A DNA stretch of 64,000 nt from Sedimentisphaerales bacterium (GTDB lineage Bacteria > Planctomycetota > Phycisphaerae > Sedimentisphaerales > SM23-30): NCBI GenBank assembly GCA_963663965.2, contig CAXXFK010000012.1, positions 31,043-95,042 on the forward strand, read 5' to 3'. Of this stretch, positions 1-10,909 are shown piece by piece. A model generated the notes under the pieces. The model was not told the DNA's origin, did not search any database, and saw only the letters and a program-made list of their open reading frames with translations. Within the stretch, counting starts at the first letter, position 1. Every line of letters begins with the position of its first letter. The position numbers and the translations under genes are program-made.

Positions 1-192
1 CAGCCGATAGCGCAGCGAAGGGATTGGCAATGGCTGCGCATGCAGGATGACATCGGTCTGCTTGACTTCAACTTGAGGTGGCGCTTTCTCGCCACCTGAG
101 GGCTTTATTACGTTCACCTGCCCCATCAAGCCATTCCAGGCAAAAACCGAAACTAACAGAAAACTCCATAAATATCTATGCTTGTTGTTCAT
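1..192 (-). CDS. N-terminal part of a probable secreted protein (runs off the window edge)
   Basis: Manual translation MNNKHRYLWSFLLVSVFAWNGLMGQ...PIPSLRYRL from ATG at 192, GAGG RBS upstream, signal-peptide-like N-terminus, no stop before position 1. Confidence 0.7.
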   Translation of the reverse strand, partial: MNNKHRYLWSFLLVSVFAWNGLMGQVNVIKPSGGEKAPPQVEVKQTDVILHAQPLPIPSLRYRL

Positions 193-384
193 AAGAAATA
201 ACCTCTTTCTTGTTTAATCTGAACGCTCTATCAGGATATCAAATTATCCCGGCAGTATTGTCAACATCAACGACTATTGATTGCATTTTTCAATGGGCTG
301 ACTATCAATCAATCTTTATTAAAATTCGTCATCAATCCCGGGAGTTTTATCGATAACGTATCCGTTTACTCATTGGTTTTTATG

Positions 385-807
385 TTAAAGCGTATTGGTT
401 CGCAAGCAATAAGCTCTGCTGCTGCCGTTCGATTCCGGCAGATCGTCCATATTCCCATCAATAGCCAGTTCCCGCTGGGCCAGGTAGGTAAAAGGACTGT
501 CATCGCTATTCAAAATAACCGGTTCGCCCTGAACGGTCTTTGGTAATGGATGAGTATTCTCCTGCTGTGCGATAGTATTGACTTCCGATCCGGGGACAGG
601 CGTGATAGGATGGCTCCGTCCCATCAGTGACAATGATAAACACACCAGCAAAATGGCGCTGACGGCGACACTGCCTGCCTGCCACTGCCTCAAGGCGCGC
701 CGGCCGGCCTGATAACCGGCCTGATAAATCAACGGCTCCAGTTTTAATTCGGAAGCGCTCGGACGCAGGGCGCTTAACGCACTTTCAAATTCACTGATCG
801 GTTGCAT
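385..807 (-). CDS. Single-pass membrane protein, putative anti-sigma factor
   Basis: 140 aa with one hydrophobic helix; overlaps the 3' end of the ECF sigma gene. Confidence 0.65.
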   Translation of the reverse strand: MQPISEFESALSALRPSASELKLEPLIYQAGYQAGRRALRQWQAGSVAVSAILLVCLSLSLMGRSHPITPVPGSEVNTIAQQENTHPLPKTVQGEPVILNSDDSPFTYLAQRELAIDGNMDDLPESNGSSRAYCLRTNTL

Positions 808-1286
808 GGTTGAATCTCCATTTGCTTACGCAAGATTTCCAAGGTATTCTGATAACTGCGATGCACGGTCGAAAGCGGCTGACCGGTCAACTCTGCGATT
901 TCGCGAAAGTTCATTTGCCCCCACAATCGCAAGGTCACAACTTCTCGATCTGCCACCGGCAACTGCTCCAGTTTCTTCTGCAACAATTGTGCATCCAGTT
1001 GGTCATCGACAGCCGGCTCAAACCAGCTTTGCTGACCTGTTTTCAAATTTGTCACCGCGTTATGGTTAACGCGTTTTCGCCGTAACCGGGACAGGCATTC
1101 ATTTCGAACCGTACGATAAAGCCAGCTTTTGATTTCGGTTGGCAACACGTTTTGTCCAAGTAGCCGGACAAAGGCCTCCTGTACCGCTTCCTCCGCCTGA
1201 TTGGAGTCCAGCCATTGCCGGGCATACAGGCATAACGGGCTTGCCAGAAGTCTGAAAAATTCGGTGATTTCGTCGATACGCTTCAA
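774..1286 (-). CDS. ECF (sigma-70 family) RNA polymerase sigma factor
   Basis: Region 2 AEEAVQEAFVRL/SWLYRTVRN and region 4 REVVTLRLWGQMNFREIAELTGQPLSTV. Confidence 0.9.
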   Translation of the reverse strand: MKRIDEITEFFRLLASPLCLYARQWLDSNQAEEAVQEAFVRLLGQNVLPTEIKSWLYRTVRNECLSRLRRKRVNHNAVTNLKTGQQSWFEPAVDDQLDAQLLQKKLEQLPVADREVVTLRLWGQMNFREIAELTGQPLSTVHRSYQNTLEILRKQMEIQPCNRSVNLKVR

Positions 1287-1582
1287 TCAATACCTGGTCA
1301 GTTTATTGTCATCAGTTTTAACGGGATAACTCATAAGTCTTTCACTTTATATGATGAACAAACCAACCACTTTTCTAAAAGAAAATCATATTTTTTTTAT
1401 TCTTTAGGGCTTCCTCTAACACAATTATACATAACCAACCATTCACAATGTAGTTATGGCATCATCCACAAAAACGTAACAGTGAATAATGCGTGTTAAC
1501 CAAACCGTAACCAGCTCATTGAATCACACCCTTTTATACAAAAAATCACCTGTCTTATCATCTCCTGACGATAGGGTCATAT

Positions 1583-2776
1583 ATGCAATCTGAAAACCCA
1601 ATATCACCATCAGTTAACCCAAAGTCCGATAAAAAGCTGGCTGCCTGGCTCTTTCTAATCGGCCTGGCAATCGCCTTACTCTGGCAACCATTTTTCCGTT
1701 TTATCTATCCCATCAAAAACGATTCACTGGTTCTGATCGGTTCTCTGGCGCTGCTTTTCTGGTTCTGCGCGCTGGTCTTATGGTTTCGCGCCGGGAAACC
1801 GGGAATCCGGGCCAGCCTGCTATTCTTCAGTTCTCTGATGATTTTCATGTTTATCCTCCTGGAAATCATCTGCCGGCTCTGGATCTGGGGTCCCACCGGC
1901 CTCAATCCCGCCAAAATGGCCAACCTCCATGAATACACCTACAACGCCGTTCTCGAAAAAGTAGAGGATCCTCAAATCCGCTTTCAAAACAAACCGGGAT
2001 TCCATCATCAATACACCAATGCGACTGTCGATATCAGCGATCAGGGTCTGCGTGACCGCCATTACCGACAGTCAAAACCGGACAATACCTTCCGGATCGC
2101 CTGTATCGGCGATTCGTTTACCTTTGGCCTGGGCGTAGAACAGATCGACTTCTATCCCGCCCTGCTCACCGAATTATGCAAAGCGGATTCCAGCGATACG
2201 AACTATGAATGCATGAACTTCGGCGTAATCAGTTATTCGCTCGACCAGTATCTGGCAACCATACAGAAGAAAGCCATGGCTTTCCATCCTGATCTGGTCA
2301 TCGTCGGTTTCTGCTCCAACGATGTCTCACCGGTCGATTCCATGGTCGTGCAGGAAAAATGCGAACTCATCTATCCCTACCAGTATTTCCACGCCTTTAA
2401 ATGCTACAGCATTCAACTGGTAAAACGCGCCTTGTATCCCATCCTGGTTAAAAGCCGCTATTACGATGTCGATTCACCCGAAAAAGTATCTCTGCTGCAA
2501 AATGCCTTTCATGACTTCCAACAACTCTCCCAGGATACCGGTATCCCGATTGTCTTTTTCTACCTGTCCCATTACCCCGTCGACGCCCAGGGTGTCCAGA
2601 CCATCGCCGATGAAAAGAATATCCCATTCCATGACCTCTCCCAGTTCTTCACCGGCCAGAATCCCATGCAATTCTGCATCAGCCGCGTCGACCCCCACCC
2701 CAACGCCCTCGCCCACCAGATCTACGCCAACCAGATGTTTCGATATCTCAAAGACAACTATCTACTGGCCCAATAG
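1583..2776 (+). CDS. Membrane-anchored SGNH/GDSL hydrolase
   Basis: Three N-terminal TM helices, GDSFTFG block I, ND block III, DPHPN block V. Confidence 0.85.
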   Translation: MQSENPISPSVNPKSDKKLAAWLFLIGLAIALLWQPFFRFIYPIKNDSLVLIGSLALLFWFCALVLWFRAGKPGIRASLLFFSSLMIFMFILLEIICRLWIWGPTGLNPAKMANLHEYTYNAVLEKVEDPQIRFQNKPGFHHQYTNATVDISDQGLRDRHYRQSKPDNTFRIACIGDSFTFGLGVEQIDFYPALLTELCKADSSDTNYECMNFGVISYSLDQYLATIQKKAMAFHPDLVIVGFCSNDVSPVDSMVVQEKCELIYPYQYFHAFKCYSIQLVKRALYPILVKSRYYDVDSPEKVSLLQNAFHDFQQLSQDTGIPIVFFYLSHYPVDAQGVQTIADEKNIPFHDLSQFFTGQNPMQFCISRVDPHPNALAHQIYANQMFRYLKDNYLLAQ

Positions 2777-3007
2777 CCAGAAAACCTGGATGATATAGCG
2801 CTTCTCCTTAATCCGAATTTCAAAACACCTCAAAAGGTCCTATAATATTAACATAAATTAATAACTGACCATAAATCCAACTGGTTTTTTACTTGGTCAT
2901 ATAGTTAATTTTTGTTAAAATATATTATTAATCCCGCTGTAAATCTCGGCGGGTTCCCCTGTTTGAATTTTAAAAAAACAGCTTATTTGTTCCATGGAGT
3001 GTAGAAA

Positions 3008-6000
3008 ATGACCAGAGGTTTGCTATTTTTATTTTCACTATTTGTTATAACGGTCGTCGCGTCCAGCGCCTTATGGGCCCAATATTCCGGCGGTAGCGGT
3101 CTATCAGACGATCCTTGGCTGATCGCTAACGCGGTTGACCTGATTTTGTTGGGCAACAGCCCTGATGATTATGGTGACCATTTCAATCTGACCGCGAATA
3201 TCGATCTGGCCGGCCAACCATATACTAGAGCAGTGATCGCACCGGACACCAACGATAGCAAACCGGGGCATCAGGGGCCGGTTTTTACCGGGCGTTTCAA
3301 TGGGATGGGACACTCTATTTCCAATCTGACCATTACCGATGATGGCTCCAACCGCGACTGTCTGGCATTATTCGGTAAAACTGGCGGCGGCGGACAGGTC
3401 TGGAGCCTGACCTTGACTGGGGTAACGATTGCCGGCAGCGATGATTCCGATTTCGTGGCCGGTTTGTGCGCCGATAACGAGGGTGAAATCAGTTGCTGCC
3501 AAAGCTCTGGTAGCGTAACCGGCAACGATTATGTCGGGGGGATGACTGGAATAAGCCAAGGGAGCCTGACCTTTGCTTCTGTAGAGGGCAATGTGAGTGG
3601 CTGCGATAGTTCGCAATATGTCGGCGGTTTGTGCGGCCTGAATACCGGCGATTGGATCGATGGCTGCCAGGCGATAGCAACGGTGACCGCTGGCGACCAG
3701 TCGCAGTATGTGGGCGGATTGGCGGGCTGCAATCGTGAGGCCGATATTTTCAGTAGTTTCGCGCACAGCGATGTCACTGGCAGCAGTCATATAGGTGGAT
3801 TGGTGGGCTATAACGAGATCGGGCGCATCGGCGCTTGTTACTGCGTGGGCCAGGTGCAGGGTGATATCAAAACCGGTGGGTTATGCGGCCAGAACTACCG
3901 GGGAGTGGTTTATTGTTCCTATTGGGATCGCGAGGTGTGTGACCTTGAATACAGCGCCGGCGGCTGGGCCTTGACCACCGCACAGATGAAACAGGAATCC
4001 AGCTATCTCGGCTGGACGAGCGGAACCTGGGGCATTAACGAAGGCGTCGATTACCCCATGATCGATCTGATTAACCAGCCAATCGATTACGAATATCCGC
4101 AAACCTATCCGGGTGACGGCCAGGATGAACCCTTTGTATTAGACAGCGTCGATGACCTGATCAGCTTCAGCCGCCGGCCCCGAGACTGGAATAAACAAGT
4201 CGCCCTGGGCGCTGATATTGATCTGACCGGCGTGCCGTTCCGCCCGATCGATTTGTTTGAAGGGCAATTCGACGGCCGGGGCCATACGATTACCGGCATG
4301 ACGATCGATGCGGCGGAACTGGGATGCAATAACAATTTGGGGTTTTTCTGCGTGATGTACGGCGCCGCCGTTATTAAAAATACCATTTTCGATCAGGTGA
4401 CGATTACGGTTGGCGATGACGCTGAAACCATAGCCGGAATCTGTGCGGGAAATAAGGGCGCTATTATGAATTGCAATATATCCGGCGCCATCACCACTGG
4501 AAACGAATCTTACTATATCGGCGGCATTGGCGGAGGTTCATCCGGAACGATAATCGACAGCTTTGCGGATGTAGATATCACTGGCAACGGCAATACTTAC
4601 TGTGTTGGGGGGGTAATTGGCGCCAATACCGGTGAATTAATCAACTGTCATGCCGAGGGCGCAGTGTCGGGCTCTCTGCTTGTGGGCGGATTGGCCGGAG
4701 TTAGCAGTGGGCCTGTCAGCAATTGTTATGCGACAGGCTCCGTTACGGGCAGGGCGATTGTTGGTGGTTTATGCGGAAAGAGTATAAGTTCCATAACCAA
4801 TTGCTATGCCACCGGAACCGTTTTGGGCGAGGAGGGCAGCGTCGGCGGCTTATGCGGTCAGAATGCGGAAGAAACCGGCGTGATTACATCTTCTTACTCT
4901 AACAGCAATGTGACTGGAGGAGGAAATGAAATAGGCGGTCTCTGCGGGGCCAACTTCAATGCGATCACGCAGTGTTATGCGACAGGTTCTGTCGAGGGCT
5001 ATGATTATGTAGGCGGCTTCTGTGGGGATAATAACGGTGATATTACTGACTGTTATGCTAGCGGTTCGGTAAATGGATTCAGCGATAATGCAACGGGATA
5101 TTTCTGTGACAAAGTCGGTGGTTTTTGTGGAAGAAATCGTTTCGGCTCTGTAATCAATTGTTACGCGGCTGGACCTGTCAGCGGCAGTGACTATGTTGCC
5201 GGTTTCTGCGCGGTAACCGATGGCGGACCCGTACTGAACTGTTTTTGGGACAAACAAGTATGCAATGTTTTCAATGCCGATGAATTAGGTATGGGATTGA
5301 ATACAAGGCAAATGCAAACAACCGCGTCATTCACCTATGCCGGTTGGGATTTTTCCGATTCCGATGGCGACCCGGCCGACTGGCTGATGCCATTGTATAG
5401 TTATCCCCGTCTGGTCTGGGAAGATATGGACATCAACCCTCAAACCCCCTGGCGTCTGCTGACCCCCATGCAAATTGCCCGCGATCAATTTGCCGGGTGT
5501 GTGATTGACAACGCTATTTACGTCTTCGGCGGTAACGGCAATCCCGACGGTATGAATCTGCGTAGCGGCGAAAAATACGATATCCAAACAGGTACCTGGT
5601 CTCACATCGCCGATAACCCGCATATCGAACCCGGCTGGGGCGTCGAAGAAATCTGTGGTGTCGCCTTAAATGGCAAATTCTATGTCTTCGGCGCCTGGGG
5701 CGGCATCGGCGATAACGGCTACTACGGCGTTTTCAATTTTAACGAAATGTATGACCCCGCTACCGACACCTGGACCACGCTGGCGCAAAAACCCACCACC
5801 GCCGCTTCAGTCACCCCGGCAGTCTATAACGGCCGAATCTACCTATTCGGCGGCTATTACGAAGATGAAGATCCCACCGGCCGGCGATACGACTACACCG
5901 TCGTCGAAGCCTACGATCCAGATTCAAATACCTGGCAATATATTACAAATATGCCCGGATTACTGGTAGGACCGGTAATCGCCGTCTACGAAAATAGCGC

Positions 6001-8023
6001 TTATATTATCGGCGGATACGATCCCGCCCTGGGCGCCATTAGCGATAAAGTATCGGTTTATGACTTCACCACCAATACCTGGACCAATGATTATTGCCCA
6101 ACTCCCGCAGAAGCCCGCCGAGTCTATCCCTACTCGGCCCCGGTTCCCGTTATCAATGGCAGGGTGATTCTGACCGGTGGTGTCGAAGGCTCAGAAGCGG
6201 CTCACTGGCCCAGTGATCGCCTGACCGTGTTTGATATCCCCTCCCAGACATTTACCTCAAAAGAACCAATGCCTGAACCACGCGATGGCCATCTGGTGCT
6301 CACTCACAATAGAGACCTGTATGTCCTGGGGGGCTTTATTGATGAAGAAGAGATCGACCGGACCAGTAATAAAGTCTTTATTTATGACAACCTGCTTGAT
6401 ACGTCCGCCCTGAACCTGCCGGTCGTCAATATGGAAGCGTTTGCCGACATTTCCCGTTACTGGGGTATGGACGCCTGTCAACCCGGCCAGCCTTGCAGTC
6501 AGTTCGATAAGAATCACGATGGCCGCATCGATATCTACGATCTGATAATGATCGCATCTGAATGGGATACCCCCATCAAAATCACAGATCATGTCTTTCG
6601 CGTCGCAATCGACAGCGGCATCGATTACGGCCGGCCGGATAACGATTCCGATACCAGTTGGGATTTCTACCTCGCTGTCAATACCGATGAAACCGTTGAA
6701 AAAATTTACTTCCAGACACCTGCCGGCAATGAATTTGGCATTTCCCCGGACTATGTTTCCCAAAGTTATCCACACGGCGAATTTGAATCCGAACGCAACT
6801 GGAATGACGACACCGGCCAGTACGAATGGGAATACGAATGGGACTTTTTCGATCCGCAATACTTGAATGCTTACGGCGATGGCTGGTATCGACTCACCAT
6901 CATTTATCAGGATGGCCGCTCCCAGCAGACAGCAGCCTGGTTTGGCATTCCCAACAGCGCCAATCCAATCCCTCAGGCCGTTCAGGTTCCGGTGATGACC
7001 AATATCGAGCAGGGCGGCGTCTATTCCTCCCCGCTGACCGTTGCCTGGCAGCCGGTGACCGATCCCGCCATCGAACTGATTCATATCGGCTTTGAAAACC
7101 AGACGACCGATGAATGGATCGAAATGCTATATCCCGTTGACCTTACTGAAATGCCTACCCCGCAAGCCCTGCTACCCGGCAACTGGGGTGTCGAACTGGG
7201 CTTTGGGGCCTTATATGATTCCGTCAATAGCGACGGAATTCCGCTGGAAGTAATAAAATACACTCTAAGCACTTATGACATCCAGATCGCCCCAACCGAT
7301 ACTGTATCCGATCATGTCTCTCAGATCCTCATCCAAACCTGGAAAAACTTTGCCAACCCGGCTCTCGCCGAAGATGATCATATCGGTTTCGAAGTTGAAA
7401 TTCTCACGGATGACCTCATCAATTCCATCGAAATCCTCACTCCCTTCGGATCCACTTATACGATTCCCAACCAGCCGGTTTCTTCAGTTCCTATACCGGA
7501 TGGCGCTCTGGAACGTGGCCGCGAATATGATCCGGATGATGACCTTTATGAATGGACTTTCGCCATCCAATTCAATCCCGACTACGAACCCACCGTCAGC
7601 ACTCATGGTCAATATACCCTAACACTGACCTATACCGATGGCCGCACCGCCCAGACCACCGCCTGGTATGGCGTCCCGGATACCTCCGATCCCATCCCCT
7701 ATCCCACTCAGGCGCTACTGCTGACCAGTTTCGACAATAACGCCATACTGAACTCACCCATCAACCTGGCCTGGACTCCCTGTACCGACGAAAACGCCAT
7801 CGATATCTGGATCAACATCGATGGAATTGATCATCCTTATTGGGATGTCTGGAATTTTGAATCCACCGCCACGGCATTGAACGAACCAGTCGACCTTCAG
7901 GATGGAAATTATGAACTCCTGCTGGGCTATACCATCGGGTATATCAGTACCAATCCCGACGGTATCCGCCTGCTCGCCGGCCGCTATAGCGAAACCGACT
8001 ACGTATTCAGTATCGTACCCTGA
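3008..8023 (+). CDS. Large secreted protein: GLUG repeats, Kelch propeller, dockerin-like motif, two tandem C-terminal domains
   Basis: Signal peptide; many (V/I)GGLCGxN repeats; Kelch motifs IYVFGG...YDPxTxTW; DKNHDGRIDIYDL motif; GGAG RBS. Confidence 0.85.
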   Translation: MTRGLLFLFSLFVITVVASSALWAQYSGGSGLSDDPWLIANAVDLILLGNSPDDYGDHFNLTANIDLAGQPYTRAVIAPDTNDSKPGHQGPVFTGRFNGMGHSISNLTITDDGSNRDCLALFGKTGGGGQVWSLTLTGVTIAGSDDSDFVAGLCADNEGEISCCQSSGSVTGNDYVGGMTGISQGSLTFASVEGNVSGCDSSQYVGGLCGLNTGDWIDGCQAIATVTAGDQSQYVGGLAGCNREADIFSSFAHSDVTGSSHIGGLVGYNEIGRIGACYCVGQVQGDIKTGGLCGQNYRGVVYCSYWDREVCDLEYSAGGWALTTAQMKQESSYLGWTSGTWGINEGVDYPMIDLINQPIDYEYPQTYPGDGQDEPFVLDSVDDLISFSRRPRDWNKQVALGADIDLTGVPFRPIDLFEGQFDGRGHTITGMTIDAAELGCNNNLGFFCVMYGAAVIKNTIFDQVTITVGDDAETIAGICAGNKGAIMNCNISGAITTGNESYYIGGIGGGSSGTIIDSFADVDITGNGNTYCVGGVIGANTGELINCHAEGAVSGSLLVGGLAGVSSGPVSNCYATGSVTGRAIVGGLCGKSISSITNCYATGTVLGEEGSVGGLCGQNAEETGVITSSYSNSNVTGGGNEIGGLCGANFNAITQCYATGSVEGYDYVGGFCGDNNGDITDCYASGSVNGFSDNATGYFCDKVGGFCGRNRFGSVINCYAAGPVSGSDYVAGFCAVTDGGPVLNCFWDKQVCNVFNADELGMGLNTRQMQTTASFTYAGWDFSDSDGDPADWLMPLYSYPRLVWEDMDINPQTPWRLLTPMQIARDQFAGCVIDNAIYVFGGNGNPDGMNLRSGEKYDIQTGTWSHIADNPHIEPGWGVEEICGVALNGKFYVFGAWGGIGDNGYYGVFNFNEMYDPATDTWTTLAQKPTTAASVTPAVYNGRIYLFGGYYEDEDPTGRRYDYTVVEAYDPDSNTWQYITNMPGLLVGPVIAVYENSAYIIGGYDPALGAISDKVSVYDFTTNTWTNDYCPTPAEARRVYPYSAPVPVINGRVILTGGVEGSEAAHWPSDRLTVFDIPSQTFTSKEPMPEPRDGHLVLTHNRDLYVLGGFIDEEEIDRTSNKVFIYDNLLDTSALNLPVVNMEAFADISRYWGMDACQPGQPCSQFDKNHDGRIDIYDLIMIASEWDTPIKITDHVFRVAIDSGIDYGRPDNDSDTSWDFYLAVNTDETVEKIYFQTPAGNEFGISPDYVSQSYPHGEFESERNWNDDTGQYEWEYEWDFFDPQYLNAYGDGWYRLTIIYQDGRSQQTAAWFGIPNSANPIPQAVQVPVMTNIEQGGVYSSPLTVAWQPVTDPAIELIHIGFENQTTDEWIEMLYPVDLTEMPTPQALLPGNWGVELGFGALYDSVNSDGIPLEVIKYTLSTYDIQIAPTDTVSDHVSQILIQTWKNFANPALAEDDHIGFEVEILTDDLINSIEILTPFGSTYTIPNQPVSSVPIPDGALERGREYDPDDDLYEWTFAIQFNPDYEPTVSTHGQYTLTLTYTDGRTAQTTAWYGVPDTSDPIPYPTQALLLTSFDNNAILNSPINLAWTPCTDENAIDIWINIDGIDHPYWDVWNFESTATALNEPVDLQDGNYELLLGYTIGYISTNPDGIRLLAGRYSETDYVFSIVP

Positions 8024-8189
8024 AAGATCTTGTAACCGAACAAGTTCATTCTGACCAGAGATATGACATCGTAAAAAATAAATAGATATTTGCCATATTC
8101 ATCCATAATTATCGTTCCTTAAATATAGATAAATCCGTTTCACTGTAATATTTCGGTCATTCAGACCGCTAATTTAAGGATACGATTCG

Positions 8190-9354
8190 ATGAAAAAAAG
8201 CACTAACTTATTAGTTGTTCTGACTTTAACTTTAATCCCCACTGCGGCCCTCTTCGCCGAGCTCTGTGTCGGCAATTACCAGACCGAAGATCAGGCCAAA
8301 GCCCAACTGGCCCGCTTCGCCGCCTCCTATCTCAACCGCGCGGACTGGCAAAAACGCGCCGCCACCATCCGCCAGGGTATCCTCAATGGCGCCGGCCTGA
8401 ATCCGCTCCCGGAAAAAACACCCCTCAATCCCATCATCCGCAAAAAACGCCTTTACAATGGTTACTCCCGTCGAAAACGCCGCGTTCGAATCCTCCCCCG
8501 GCCTGTTCGTCACCGGCAGCCTCTATCGCCCCAACACCCAACCAGACCAGCCTCACTCCCGTCCCGCGGTCCTCTGCACCCACGGCCATTGGTCCAAATC
8601 GGATAATTACGGCCGCTATCGCCCCGAAATGCAGGCCCGCTGTGCCGCGCTGGCTCGTATGGGCGCAGTCGTCTTTGCCTATGATATGGTCGGCTACGGC
8701 CAGATGGCCGAAGAACTCGGCTGGCAGCATAACTGTGATGAAGTACTCAAGTTGCAACTCTGGAACAGTATTCGGGCCGTCGATTTTCTGCTGACTCTCG
8801 AAGATGTCGATCCCAAACGCATCGCGATTACCGGCGCTTCCGGCGGCGGCACCCAGACCTTCCTGCTCACTGCGGTGGATGACCGCATTGCGGTTTCCGT
8901 GCCCTGCGTTCAGGTTTCCGCCCATTTCTTCGGCGGTTGCGTTTGCGAAAGCGGTATGCCCATACACAAAAGCGATCACCACGAAACCAATAATGTCGAA
9001 ATTGCCGCGCTCGCCGCGCCCCGCCCCATGCTCATGATCAGCGATGGCCAGGACTGGACCAAAAACACTCCCAAAGTAGAATACCCCTATATCCGTGATA
9101 TCTACCGTTTCTTCGATGCCGAAAAAAATGTCCAGAACGCCCATTTCCCCGAAGAAGGCCACGATTACGGACCCAATAAACGTAATGCCCTCTATCTCTT
9201 CCTGGCCCAACATCTGCAACTTAACCTCAAAGCCATCACCAACACCGACGGCCAGATCGATGAATCCTTTGTTACCTATGAAAAACAAAAAGACATGTAT
9301 GTCTTTGACAAGGACTGTCCCATCCCCGCCCATGCCCGCCGCGGAAATGGTTAA
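8190..9354 (+). pseudogene. Acetylxylan-esterase-like alpha/beta hydrolase split by a +1 frameshift (or sequencing error)
   Basis: ORF 8190 has the signal peptide; ORF 8458 has HGH, GASGGG and HDY. Removing one C of CCC 8467-8469 joins them as [11 protein letters not shown]. Confidence 0.8.
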
Positions 9355-9463
9355 TATAACATGCTGACAAAATAAATTTGCTGATCGTTTTCAAGAAGAT
9401 ATAATATTCTATTAGTACTTTGATTAAACTTATTTTCTTCATCTTTTAGAAAAGGACAGGACC

Positions 9464-10417
9464 ATGATCAATCGCAGGGCATTTCTGGGTAGTTCCGTTG
9501 TCGCAGGATTAGCAACCGCCAGTGCCGCTCAAGCCCAACAATCCGAATCTCAAGACCGCCCCAATCGTCCCTCTCGAGGCGGCCGCCGTGGCAATCCCAT
9601 CGCCATTTCAACCTATTCCTTCTGGCGCTTCATGCCTGATCAGAAAATGGGCATCGCCGAATGCATTCGCAATGCGGCCGAACTCGGTTTCGACGGCGTC
9701 GACGTCCTCCAGATTCAGATGGAAGGCGATGACAACAAATACCTCCAGGAACTGAAACGAACCGCGCTGATTAACGGGGTAGACCTGTGCAATATGAGCA
9801 CGCACCAGGGCTTTGTCACCCCCGATAAGGCCAAACGCCAGGAAAACATCGATCACACCATCCATTGTATTGAACTGGCCTACAAACTGGGCATACCATG
9901 CCTGCGCGTCAATACCGGCCGCTGGGGCACATCCAAAGATTTCGATACCCTTATGGCCAATCGCGGCATCGAACCCCCACTCGAAGGCTATACCGAAGAG
10001 GATGGCTTCCCCTGGGTCATCGAGAGCCTGGAAAAATGCCTCCCTATCGCCGAAAAATGCGGCGTCCTGCTCGGCCTCGAAAACCACTGGGGACTCGGCC
10101 GCACTCCCGAAGGCGTCATGCGTATCGTCAAAGCCGTCAATTCCCCCTGGCTCAAAGTCCTGCTCGACACCGGCAACTTCCTCGAAGACCCCTACGATAA
10201 ACTCGAACAACTCGCCCCCGAAACCGTATTCATGCAGGCCAAAACCTACTACGGCGGCGGTCTGTGGTACTCCCTCGATCTGGATTATCCCCGCATTGGC
10301 GAAATCATGAAAAAAGTCGATTACCGCGGCTATATCAGCCTGGAATTCGAAGGCAAAGAAGACTGGAAAACCGCCATCCCCAAAAGCCTCTCAGTCCTGC
10401 GCCGTGCATTCAGATGA
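9464..10417 (+). CDS. Tat-exported sugar phosphate isomerase/epimerase (xylose-isomerase-like TIM barrel)
   Basis: NRRAFL Tat motif; LENH, DTGN and SLEFEG metal motifs. Confidence 0.85.
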   Translation: MINRRAFLGSSVVAGLATASAAQAQQSESQDRPNRPSRGGRRGNPIAISTYSFWRFMPDQKMGIAECIRNAAELGFDGVDVLQIQMEGDDNKYLQELKRTALINGVDLCNMSTHQGFVTPDKAKRQENIDHTIHCIELAYKLGIPCLRVNTGRWGTSKDFDTLMANRGIEPPLEGYTEEDGFPWVIESLEKCLPIAEKCGVLLGLENHWGLGRTPEGVMRIVKAVNSPWLKVLLDTGNFLEDPYDKLEQLAPETVFMQAKTYYGGGLWYSLDLDYPRIGEIMKKVDYRGYISLEFEGKEDWKTAIPKSLSVLRRAFR

Positions 10418-10462
10418 GGCACTGACTCCTAATTAGATATATTTTATCTATATTTAAATTTC

Positions 10463-10495
10463 ATTAGCGTCCGATAGTCAGGGCGCTAATTTTTT
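10463..10495 (+). terminator. Intrinsic terminator
   Basis: ATTAGCGTCC...GGGCGCTAAT stem followed by a T-run, downstream of 10417. Confidence 0.7.
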
Positions 10496-10909
10496 GCCAA
10501 GTTTAGCCCACACCGAATTTTTTTTGACATAATTGTCATTTCAAACACTTTTTTTACCAAATTTTAAAAAAAGCGCTTTTAAATCCGACATTTTTATTTT
10601 TTCTTCTGGAATCACTTTCCGATTCATGTTAGGGTCAGGTTGTCAAATAATTATTGTTTACGCTCTTTGAATTCAGAATACAGAGATCTGTAAGCCGCTC
10701 TTATCTGATAACGGCTGTCAGATTGAGTAAACTCAGGATGATGACCTTTTAAAACATCGCAAGAAGCTCTCATCCTTGTTGTGTCCATTCTTTCCAATTG
10801 AATTTTCGGGTATAGCATTTTTCCATTATCTTGGATATCCAATCCGCAGAGATAATGTTGTTATTCCGTTAATGGCATCTATTTCTACTCTTACTTCATA
10901 CATTTTATC

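Noticed and set aside
76..100. AGGTGGCG/CGCCACCT hairpin as a terminator or REP
   Set aside because: Lies inside the minus-strand CDS, has no T-tract and no second copy was seen
8434..9333. Long antisense ORFs (also 6257-7084, 26563-27345, 37699-38421, 41917-43068, 54258-54947)
   Set aside because: Shadows of well-supported genes on the opposite strand, with no motifs
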